Below are positions 1 through 8,256 of a stretch of 64,000 bases of DNA, in pieces. The DNA comes from Hyalangium minutum (lineage in GTDB: Bacteria > Myxococcota > Myxococcia > Myxococcales > Myxococcaceae), in the NCBI RefSeq assembly GCF_000737315.1, contig NZ_JMCB01000001.1, positions 62,001 to 126,000 of the forward strand, given 5' to 3'. The position numbers and the translations under genes are program-made. How positions within the stretch are numbered: position 1 is the first letter of the stretch; each line of letters begins with the position of its first letter. The notes beneath the pieces were generated by a model. That model was not told where the DNA came from, ran no database searches, and saw only the letters and a program-made list of their open reading frames with translations.

Positions 1-70
1 GATGATCCTCGACCGCGTCACTCCCGCCGAGGCGGGCATGGCCCTGGCGGCCGGTGCGGAGGGGCACTGA
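1..70 (+). CDS. 3' end of an upstream gene (probably the ABC ATPase of the operon), truncated by the window edge
   Basis: Frame from position 2 reads MILDRVTPAEAGMALAAGAEGH* and its TGA (68-70) overlaps the ATG at 70. The ATPase identity is inferred only from the downstream permeases. Confidence 0.45.
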   Translation, partial: MILDRVTPAEAGMALAAGAEGH

Positions 71-2178
71 TGGGCACGCTCAAGCTGCTCTTGCAGGTGG
101 CCTTCCGCAACCTGTTCAAGAGCTGGGTCAACGTCATCATCGGCGGCATCATCTTCTTCGCCACCTTCCTGGTGGTGACGGGCGGCGCGCTCCTAGACAG
201 CGTGGACTCGTCCATGAGCCGGTCGATCATCGGCTCCATCGCGGGCCACATCCAGGTGTACTCGGAGAAGTCCAAGGAAGAGCTGGCGCTGTTCGTCACC
301 ATGGGTGGCGAGGCGGACGTCGCGGCCATGGACAGCTTCAGCCCCATCAAGGCGGCGCTGGAGAAGCACCCCAACGTGAAGACAGTGGTGCCCATGGGCG
401 CCAATGGCGCGCTCATTACCTCCGGCAACACGGTGGACCTGACGCTGGCGCGCCTGCGCGGGCTGTACCGGAAGAACGCCGAGGAGGGCGACACGCCCGA
501 GCGGCGCGCCCAGATCGACAGCCTCAAGGCGCATGTGCGTCACCTGGCCGAGCTGCTCGAGGCCGAGAAGGCCACGCGCACCAAGCTGGTCCGGGAAGAG
601 ACCCTGGATCCCGCAGAGGTGGCGGCGCTGGCCAAGGCACGCTCGGAGGAGTTCTGGGCGGGCTTCGACAAGGACCCGTTCGGCTCGCTGGAGTTCCTGG
701 AGAACCAGCTGGCGCCCCAGGTGGCCGATGGAGACCTGCTCTACATCCGCTATGTGGGCACGGACCTGGATGCGTTCCAGAAGAGCTTCGACCGCATGCA
801 GATCATCGACGGCACGGCGGTGCCCCAGGGCAAGCGCGGCATGCTGCTGTCCAAGTACTTCTATGAGGAGTTTCTCAAGCTGAAGTCCGCGCGCCGGATG
901 GACCTCATCAAGGAGGCGCTCGAGACGAAGCAGAAGACGATCGCCTCGGACCCGCTGCTTCAGCGCTACGTGAAGGAGAACTCCACGCAGCCGCGCGAGA
1001 TCGTCTACCAGCTGGATCCCATGAAGTCGCAGCAGGCCGTGTCGCGGCTCCAGGACATCTTGCAGAGCAAGGAGACGGATCTGTCCAAGCTGGTGAGCCA
1101 GTTCCTCACGGTGACCGACGAGAACTTCGACACCCGCTACAAGCAGTACTACGAGCAACTGGTGCCGCTGTTGGACCTGTACCGCCTGAAGATGGGGGAC
1201 ACGATCACCATCACCGCGTTCAGCCGCACCGGCTACGTGCAGAGCGTGAACGTGCCCATCTACGGCACCTACCAGTTCAGCGGCCTGGAGAAGTCCCCGC
1301 TGGCGGGCTCCGCGAACCTGATGGACCTGGTGTCCTTCCGCGAGCTGTACGGCTACCTCACCGAGGAGAAGAAGGAGGAGATCGCCCTGCTCAAGCAGAA
1401 GAGCGGCGCGGCCGAGGTGAAGCGCGAGAACGCCGAGGAGGCCCTCTTCGGCGAGGCGGCTCCCTCCACCCTGGTGGCGGACGCCACGCCCGGCTTGATC
1501 AACGAGAACGAGCAGATCACCTCCACCGGCGCCGCCCTGCGCAACGAGGACCTGCTCAAGCGCGTCTACTCCCAGAAGGAGATCGAAGAGGGCATGGTGC
1601 TGAGCTCCGCCATCATCCTCAAGGATCCGGAGAAGCTGGAGACCACCCTGTCCGAGCTCGGGAAGTCCCAGGAGCTGAAGGACCTGAAGCTGCGCGTGGT
1701 GAGCTGGCAGAAGGCCGCGGGCCTCATTGGCCAGTTCGTGCTGATGATGCGCATGGTGCTGTGGGGCATCATCGTCATCCTCTTCGTGGTGATCCTGGCC
1801 ATCATCAACAACGCGGTGATGATGGCCACCCTCCAGCGCGTGAGGGAGGTGGGCACCATGCGAGCCATCGGCGCGCAGCGCTCCTTCATCCTGGCCATGG
1901 TGATGCTGGAGACGGTGGTGCTGGGCGCGGTGTTTGGCGGCCTGGGAGCTGGGGCTGGCAGCGCGCTCATCCGCTGGCTTGGCAAGGTCGGCATCCCCGC
2001 GGGCACCGAGGAGCTCTACTTCTTCTTCAGCGGCCCCCGGCTGCTGCCCACCCTGAGCGCCTCGAACATCGTTGTCGCCTTCATCCTCGTGGTGGGCGTC
2101 TCCCTGTTCTCCACCTTCTACCCCGCCTTTATGGCCACGCGCGTGTCGCCCGTCACGGCGATGCAGACGGACGAGTGA
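70..2178 (+). CDS. ABC transporter permease, FtsX/MacB (LolC/E-like) family, with a very large periplasmic region
   Basis: N-terminal 'AFRNL' + TM helix, about 500-aa soluble region, 'QRVREVGTMRAIGA' motif, three C-terminal TM helices ending 'RVSPVTAM'. Confidence 0.9.
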   Translation: MGTLKLLLQVAFRNLFKSWVNVIIGGIIFFATFLVVTGGALLDSVDSSMSRSIIGSIAGHIQVYSEKSKEELALFVTMGGEADVAAMDSFSPIKAALEKHPNVKTVVPMGANGALITSGNTVDLTLARLRGLYRKNAEEGDTPERRAQIDSLKAHVRHLAELLEAEKATRTKLVREETLDPAEVAALAKARSEEFWAGFDKDPFGSLEFLENQLAPQVADGDLLYIRYVGTDLDAFQKSFDRMQIIDGTAVPQGKRGMLLSKYFYEEFLKLKSARRMDLIKEALETKQKTIASDPLLQRYVKENSTQPREIVYQLDPMKSQQAVSRLQDILQSKETDLSKLVSQFLTVTDENFDTRYKQYYEQLVPLLDLYRLKMGDTITITAFSRTGYVQSVNVPIYGTYQFSGLEKSPLAGSANLMDLVSFRELYGYLTEEKKEEIALLKQKSGAAEVKRENAEEALFGEAAPSTLVADATPGLINENEQITSTGAALRNEDLLKRVYSQKEIEEGMVLSSAIILKDPEKLETTLSELGKSQELKDLKLRVVSWQKAAGLIGQFVLMMRMVLWGIIVILFVVILAIINNAVMMATLQRVREVGTMRAIGAQRSFILAMVMLETVVLGAVFGGLGAGAGSALIRWLGKVGIPAGTEELYFFFSGPRLLPTLSASNIVVAFILVVGVSLFSTFYPAFMATRVSPVTAMQTDE

Positions 2179-2182
2179 AGCC

Positions 2183-3643
2183 ATGTCCCAACGCCCCTTC
2201 CATGTGAGGCTGATCCAGGCCCTCGAAGACCCCTCGGGCCTGAACTGGCTCCAGCGCATGGCCCTGCAGCCCGTCCGCGCCGTCTACGCGCTCTACAACC
2301 TGGGCTACTTTTTCTATTACCTGCTGACCCACCCTGCGGAGGTCGCCATGCTGTGCCGGGTGGCCGTCCGCAACCTGCGGGCCCACCAGCGGCGCACCCT
2401 CCTGCTCGGAGGCGCCATTGGCGGCGTCACCGCAGTGCTCGTCATCCTGATGGGCGTCACCAACGGGATGAAGTCCACCATGCTGGAGTCGGCCACCACG
2501 CTCATGAGCGGGCACGTGAACGTGGGCGGCTTCTACAAAGTCACCGCGGGCCAGTCCGCGCCCGTGGTCACCGAGTACCCGAAGCTCGTCGCGAAGATCC
2601 GCCAGGACGTACCCGAGCTGGACTACATCTCCCAGCGCGGCCGCGGCTGGGCCAAGCTCGTCTCCGACACCGGCTCCATGCAGGTGGGCGTAGGCGGCAT
2701 GGACGTCGAGGCCGAGCCGGGCTTCCGCAAGGTCGTCCAGCTTCGCAAGGGAAATCTGGATGACCTGAAGCAGCCGGGCACCATCCTCATCTTCGAGGAG
2801 CAGGCCAAGAAGCTGGAAGTGACGGTGGGCGACACGCTGACGCTGTCGGCCCCCACCATGCGCGGCATCAACAACACGCAGGACGTGCGCGTGGTGGCCA
2901 TCGCCGCCAACATCGGGATGATGAGCGCGTGGAACACCTTCGTGCCCAGCAAGAGCCTGAGGGACTTGTACCAGCTCAAGGACGACACCACCGGCGCCAT
3001 CTACCTGTACCTCAAGGACATGAAGGACATCCCCGCGGTGCAGCAGCGGCTGCGCACCCAGCTGGCCGAGTCAGGCTACACGCTCATGGACAACGACCCA
3101 CGCGCCTTCTGGATGAAGTTCGACGTGGTCAACCGCGAGGGCTGGACGGGCCAGAAGCTGGACATCACCAACTGGGAGGACGAGATCTCCTTCGTGCAGT
3201 GGGTGGTGCAGGCCTTGGGCGCCATCACCGGCGGGCTCACCTTCGTGCTGCTGGTGGTCATCGCCGCTGGCATCACGAACACGCTGTGGATCGCCATCCG
3301 CGAGCGCACCCGGGAGATTGGCACGCTGCGCGCCATTGGCATGAAGCGCGAGAGCGTGCAGACGATGTTCCTGGCGGAGGCGCTGATCCTCAGCCTCGTG
3401 GCGACCCTCACGGGCGCGCTGGTGGCCGCGGGGCTCTGCTTCCTCGTCAACGCCCAGCACATCCGCGCCCCTGAGGTCGTCCAGGTGATGCTGCTGACGG
3501 AGCACTGGTTCTTGAAGATCGAGCCCGGCTCCGTGGTGTTCGCGGTGGCGCTCATCACTGGGGCCTCCATGTTCGTGAGTCTGATTCCCTCGTTCCTCGC
3601 CGCGCGGATGAAGCCCGTGACGGCCATGCACCACATCGGGTGA
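2183..3643 (+). CDS. ABC transporter permease, FtsX/MacB family (second subunit)
   Basis: 'AVRNLRAHQRRTLL', 'ERTREIGTLRAIGM', C-terminal 'RMKPVTAM'. Start taken at ATG 2183, 4 nt after the previous stop. Confidence 0.9.
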   Translation: MSQRPFHVRLIQALEDPSGLNWLQRMALQPVRAVYALYNLGYFFYYLLTHPAEVAMLCRVAVRNLRAHQRRTLLLGGAIGGVTAVLVILMGVTNGMKSTMLESATTLMSGHVNVGGFYKVTAGQSAPVVTEYPKLVAKIRQDVPELDYISQRGRGWAKLVSDTGSMQVGVGGMDVEAEPGFRKVVQLRKGNLDDLKQPGTILIFEEQAKKLEVTVGDTLTLSAPTMRGINNTQDVRVVAIAANIGMMSAWNTFVPSKSLRDLYQLKDDTTGAIYLYLKDMKDIPAVQQRLRTQLAESGYTLMDNDPRAFWMKFDVVNREGWTGQKLDITNWEDEISFVQWVVQALGAITGGLTFVLLVVIAAGITNTLWIAIRERTREIGTLRAIGMKRESVQTMFLAEALILSLVATLTGALVAAGLCFLVNAQHIRAPEVVQVMLLTEHWFLKIEPGSVVFAVALITGASMFVSLIPSFLAARMKPVTAMHHIG

Positions 3644-3648
3644 TTGCC

Positions 3649-4428
3649 ATGACGCCTCGAAACCTGCTGTCCGCCGCGCTCGCCGCGGTGCTGCTCGCGG
3701 CCCCTGCCGCCTTCGCGCTGGACGCGGCCGAGCTGAAGAAGACGCTGGAGGTCATCGACGACCGGCAGCGCAACAGCGGCGACTACAAGTCGCTGGTGTA
3801 CCTGGAGCAGAAGGAGAAGGACAAAGCGGACACCGTGCGCGAGGCGCTCGTCTACCGGCGCGACGCGGACGACAAGCTGATGATCCTCTTCACCAAGCCC
3901 AAGGGCGAGGCCGGCAAGGGCTACCTGCGCCTGGACAAGAACCTGTGGATCTACGATCCCAACGTGGGCAAGTGGGAGCGCCGCACCGAGCGCGAGCGCA
4001 TCGCCGGCACCGACAGCCGCCGCGCCGACTTCGACGAGTCCCGCCTCGCCGAGGAGTATGACGCGACGTACGAGGGCGAAGAGGCGCTGGGCAAGTTCCA
4101 GGTGCACAAGATGTCGCTCAAGGCCCGGCCCACCATCGACGTGGCCTACCCCGTCATCAAGCTGTGGGTGGACAAAGAGACCACCAACGTCCTGAAGCGC
4201 CAGGAGTTCGCCCTGTCCGGCCGGCTGATGCGCACGCTCTACTATCCGAAGTGGCAGAAGCTCTTCAGCGAGTCCAAGGGCGCCGACGTCTGGTACCCCC
4301 AGGAGATCCGCATCTACGACGAGGTGGAGAAGGCCAACTCCACCGTCATCCTCATCAAGAGCGTGGACCTGCGGTCGCTGGAGGCCAACATCTTCACCAA
4401 GGCGTGGCTCGAGAGTAAGAGCCGATGA
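3649..4428 (+). CDS. Outer-membrane lipoprotein-sorting protein (LolA-like family)
   Basis: Signal peptide, then 'GKGYLRLDKNLWIYDP', 'ERIAGTDSRRADF', 'KLWVDK', 'SGRLMRT', typical of LolA-like proteins next to FtsX permeases. Alternative GTG start at 3640. Confidence 0.8.
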   Translation: MTPRNLLSAALAAVLLAAPAAFALDAAELKKTLEVIDDRQRNSGDYKSLVYLEQKEKDKADTVREALVYRRDADDKLMILFTKPKGEAGKGYLRLDKNLWIYDPNVGKWERRTERERIAGTDSRRADFDESRLAEEYDATYEGEEALGKFQVHKMSLKARPTIDVAYPVIKLWVDKETTNVLKRQEFALSGRLMRTLYYPKWQKLFSESKGADVWYPQEIRIYDEVEKANSTVILIKSVDLRSLEANIFTKAWLESKSR

Positions 4429-5996
4429 CCCCGCGCACGCTCACCACCGCCGCGGCGCTGGCCGCGGCTCTCTCGTGCCTGCCTGCCGCCGCCCAGTCGC
4501 GGCCGGATGAGGATGCGATGTTCGGCGGCTCCTCCGAGAGTGAGACTCCCGCAGGGGCTACGCCCACGGCACCGTCCTCGACGAACGCCAGCGCTCCGCC
4601 CGCCCAGCCTCCCGCCGTGGAGCAGTCCGGCCGCGAGGAGACCCGGGATGAGCAGGCGCTCAGCGGGACGTCCTCGCAGGAGGCGTTCGGCTCCGAGGAG
4701 CATGTGGATGACCCGCTGAAGATCGGCGGCCAGTTCTACCTGCGCGCCATCGCCCAGGGAAACCAGGGCGTGTCCTTCGGCAGCACTCCGTTCTCCGCTC
4801 CCACGCTGGTGGATGGCTACTTCGATGCCCGCCCCACGGACCGCCTGCGCGGCATGGTGGTGGGCCGGCTCAGCTTCGATCCGACCCAGGGCAGCCAGAC
4901 CATCAGCTTCCTCGGCACCAATTCGAGCGATGGCAGCACCACCACTCCCGGCACCGTGCGGTCCAACCCGCGCGTCCTGCTGGATCAAGCGTGGCTGCGC
5001 TTCGACATCGATCACACGGTGTTCGTCACCGCAGGCAAGCAGCACGTGAAGTGGGGCACCTCGCGCTTCTGGAACCCCACGGACTTCCTGTCGCCCCAGC
5101 GCAGGGATCCGCTCGCCGTCTTCGATGCTCGCACCGGCGCCTCCATGCTGAAGCTCCACGTCCCCTGGGAGGCCAAGGGGTGGAACTTCTATGGCATCGC
5201 GATGCTGGACAATGCTGGGCCGGCCTTCACGCTCGGCCGCATCGGCGGCGCCGCTCGCGCCGAGGTCGTGCTGGGTGAGTCCGAGATCGGCGCCAGTGCC
5301 GTGCTCCAGCGCGGCCGCAAGCCCCGCTTCGGGCTCGATATCTCTTCGGCGCTCGGGCCGCTCGATGTGTACGCCGAGGCGGCACTGAAGAAGGGCTCGG
5401 ACACCCCACTCTACCGGCTGCCCGCGGGCGTCTCGATCCAGCAGCTCATCGAGGAGGCCGAGGACCTGGAGATCCACGGCCCGCAGGACCTCGTTCAGCT
5501 TCAGAAGCTGTCCATCGAGAGCTACACCCCGGGCGGGCTCACCCCGCAGGTCTCCGGCGGCGCCAACTACACGTTCGCCTACAGCGAGAACGACAGCGCC
5601 ACCGTGGGCGTCGAGTACTTCTACAACTCGACCGGCTACAGCACCGCCATCGCCTACCCGTACCTCATCGCGCAGGGGGTCTATCAGCCGTTCTACGTGG
5701 GCAAGCACTACGCCGGCCTTTACGGCGTGCTCACCGGACCGGGCTCCTGGGACAAGACGTCCTTCATCCTGTCCACCCTGGGCAACCTGTCGGACCGGTC
5801 CTTCACCACCCGGCTGGACGTGCTCCACCGCGTGCTCTCATACCTGAGCATCGAGGCGTACGCCGCCGCGAACTACGGCACCAAGGGCGGCGAGTTCCGC
5901 TTCGCCCTGGATGAGCCACCGTTCCAGGTCGATGGCAAGGCGTTCGTGCCTGCTCCCACGGTCCAGGCGGGCGTGGGCCTGCGCATCAACCTCTGA
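4425..5996 (+). CDS. Secreted, probable outer-membrane beta-barrel protein
   Basis: Signal peptide, Pro/Ser linker, amphipathic beta strands ('LDQAWLRF', 'TAGKQHVKWGTSRFWNPTDFL', terminal 'VQAGVGLRINL'). ATGA overlap with the previous gene. Confidence 0.7.
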   Translation: MTPRTLTTAAALAAALSCLPAAAQSRPDEDAMFGGSSESETPAGATPTAPSSTNASAPPAQPPAVEQSGREETRDEQALSGTSSQEAFGSEEHVDDPLKIGGQFYLRAIAQGNQGVSFGSTPFSAPTLVDGYFDARPTDRLRGMVVGRLSFDPTQGSQTISFLGTNSSDGSTTTPGTVRSNPRVLLDQAWLRFDIDHTVFVTAGKQHVKWGTSRFWNPTDFLSPQRRDPLAVFDARTGASMLKLHVPWEAKGWNFYGIAMLDNAGPAFTLGRIGGAARAEVVLGESEIGASAVLQRGRKPRFGLDISSALGPLDVYAEAALKKGSDTPLYRLPAGVSIQQLIEEAEDLEIHGPQDLVQLQKLSIESYTPGGLTPQVSGGANYTFAYSENDSATVGVEYFYNSTGYSTAIAYPYLIAQGVYQPFYVGKHYAGLYGVLTGPGSWDKTSFILSTLGNLSDRSFTTRLDVLHRVLSYLSIEAYAAANYGTKGGEFRFALDEPPFQVDGKAFVPAPTVQAGVGLRINL

Positions 5997-6002
5997 CGTG
6001 CC

Positions 6003-6040
6003 CTCGGGGCCGCGCCCGTGTCTTCGAGCGCGGCCCCGAG
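6003..6040. terminator. GC-rich hairpin after the ABC operon (terminator or mRNA stabiliser)
   Basis: Perfect 13-bp inverted repeat ctcggggccgcgc / gcgcggccccgag with a 12-nt loop, 6 nt after the stop; no U-tract. Confidence 0.55.
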
Positions 6041-6108
6041 TGTCGCTCGGGTGACGGCCCGGCGAGATGGGAGTGGCCTCCCAGGCTGCCTCCAGCGCAG
6101 GAAGAGGC

Positions 6109-7434
6109 ATGAACCGCCCTTCCGATGTCATCGTTCTAGGCGCGGGCGCCGCAGGCCTCGGGGCCGCGGAGCGGCTCGTGCGCGCCGGACTGCGCGTCAC
6201 GGTGCTCGAAGCACGCGACCGGGTGGGCGGCCGCGTCCACACGGTGCCGGATCCGTTCACTGGGACGCCGCTGGAGCTGGGCGCCGAGTTCGTCCACGGC
6301 ACGCCCCCCACCCTGCTGAAGCTCGCCAAGCGAGAGAAGCTCACCGTCAAGGCCTGCAATGACCGGCACGTGCGGTCCTGGAAGGGTCGGCTCCTGGATG
6401 CGGATAAGGCCTTCAACTTCGTCGAGGCGCTGGCCTCAGCGAAGCCTCCAGATCGGCCCGTGGGCGAGTTGCTGCGAGAGAGGGCTCGAGCCGAGCAGTG
6501 GCCAGCTCTCAAGCTCGCGATCGCCCGTGGCTATATCGAGGGCTTCTATGCCGCGTCCGCGGACACGGCCAGCACGCTCGCCATCGCGAAGATGGAGCAG
6601 GCGGCGGAGGAGCTGGGGGGGATTACTCCGTCACGTGTCATGCAGGGATATGGCCAGGTGCTGCGTCCGCTTGCAGAACGACTCGAGCGGCGCCCTGGCA
6701 CGCTCTTCCTCAACGCCGTGGCCGAGGAGATTCGCTGGTCGCGAGGCATGGTACGGGTAAGGGCCCGGACTCGCGAGGGAGCGCCTCTGGGCCTGTTCCA
6801 GGCTCCGCGCATCATCGTGACGCTGCCGGTGGGCGTGCTGCGCGTGCGTCCTCCCGAGCCCGGTGCCGTGCGCTTCATTCCGCGCCTCCCCGAGAAGGAG
6901 CGCGCGTGGACCCGCCTGGAGATGGGGCCCCTGGTGAAGGTGCTCCTGCGCTTCCGCTCGCCGTTCTGGAAGGACTCGAAGGACACGCGTCGCTTCGGCT
7001 TCTTCCATGCGCCGGAGTCCCCTTTCCCCACCTGGTGGACCTTGGAACCTCACCAGTCGCGGCACCTCGTCGGCTGGAGCGGGGGGCCTCCTGCCCTGAA
7101 ACTCTCGGAGCTGCCAGAAGCGACCGCGCTCGAGCAGGCGCTGGACACCCTCTCCCGCATCTTCCGTCTGCGGCTGCCGGTGCTCCGGACGGAGTTGGAG
7201 ACCTGGCGCGTCGTGAACTGGCAGCACGAGCCCTTCACCCGTGGCGGCTACTGCGTCATCCCCGTTGGAGCCGTCGAGGATCTGCAGAAACTGGCCGAGC
7301 CCGTGGCGGACACCCTCTTCTTCGCCGGTGAGGCCACGAATACCGAGGGCGAAGAGGGCACTGTGCATGGCGCGCTGGAGACGGGGCTTCGCGCTGCCCG
7401 AGAAGTCCTCCGCGCGAACCGCCGCACAGTGTGA
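6109..7434 (+). CDS. Flavin monoamine oxidase-family FAD-dependent oxidoreductase
   Basis: 'VIVLGAGAAG', 'LEARDRVGGRVHT', 'GAEFVHG', 'LFFAGEAT', 'GTVHGALETG'. Confidence 0.9.
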   Translation: MNRPSDVIVLGAGAAGLGAAERLVRAGLRVTVLEARDRVGGRVHTVPDPFTGTPLELGAEFVHGTPPTLLKLAKREKLTVKACNDRHVRSWKGRLLDADKAFNFVEALASAKPPDRPVGELLRERARAEQWPALKLAIARGYIEGFYAASADTASTLAIAKMEQAAEELGGITPSRVMQGYGQVLRPLAERLERRPGTLFLNAVAEEIRWSRGMVRVRARTREGAPLGLFQAPRIIVTLPVGVLRVRPPEPGAVRFIPRLPEKERAWTRLEMGPLVKVLLRFRSPFWKDSKDTRRFGFFHAPESPFPTWWTLEPHQSRHLVGWSGGPPALKLSELPEATALEQALDTLSRIFRLRLPVLRTELETWRVVNWQHEPFTRGGYCVIPVGAVEDLQKLAEPVADTLFFAGEATNTEGEEGTVHGALETGLRAAREVLRANRRTV

Positions 7435-7562
7435 AGCGCGTGGCACACCCCGAGGGCACTTCCCTGCACGTGTGCACGGGGGCCACGAGCGCGCGAGCAG
7501 AGGCACGACGCCTGCACCATCAGGTCTACCCCTGGGAGCCCCCACCCACCCTGGAACCTCAC

Positions 7563-8108
7563 ATGCTCCGCACTTCTTGCGCCCCCCTCTCCGCGCTGAT
7601 TCTGGTGCTGCTGTCCGCCCCCGCTGCCCAGGCCAGTGACTTCGGCCCCCAGGCCGGTGCCACCTATGTCAACCCTGGCCTTCTGCTGAGCGGCTCGTAC
7701 CGGCACTCGGGCAAGGGCGCCTTCGGACTCGGCGCCGAGCTCAGCCTCCACCACTTCACCAACAACGACTTCGGCGGATTCGGAGTCTTCGCCCAGTGGC
7801 AGGCCATGAACTTCCAGTACGACCGCTTCTGCGGCGGCCTGCAGGCGACCGATACCCTCGAGACGTTTCCCATCGGCATGGAGCTCGGCGTGGCATACGA
7901 GACCGAGGGCGGTGGCGAGGCCGCGACCACCAGCCTTCACTTCGCTCCGTTCGCCTCCGTGGGCGCCGCCACCGCCACCCTGCGCTTCGGCATCCCCATC
8001 GCGGGCGGCACCGAGGAGCTGCCCCGGCATGGCTTCGACGTGGGACTCACCCTCGCCATCAAGATTCCCCTACGGCTCGATGGCCCCAGCCCCTTCTCTG
8101 GCAGGTAG
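7563..8108 (+). CDS. Hypothetical secreted protein, small beta-barrel-like
   Basis: Signal peptide ending AQA, followed by Gly/aromatic alternating strands. Confidence 0.6.
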   Translation: MLRTSCAPLSALILVLLSAPAAQASDFGPQAGATYVNPGLLLSGSYRHSGKGAFGLGAELSLHHFTNNDFGGFGVFAQWQAMNFQYDRFCGGLQATDTLETFPIGMELGVAYETEGGGEAATTSLHFAPFASVGAATATLRFGIPIAGGTEELPRHGFDVGLTLAIKIPLRLDGPSPFSGR

Positions 8109-8256
8109 GCCCATTTCCCACTCGCGGCGCAGGCGCTCTGACGCACTGACCCACCCACCTTTCAAGATATGAGAAAAAAATAGGGGGTATGGAAACGGCC
8201 TGGGGAAATCCCCGATAACCGGAGAGCCCCCCACTCTCCTCTGGGAGTCCCCCCGC

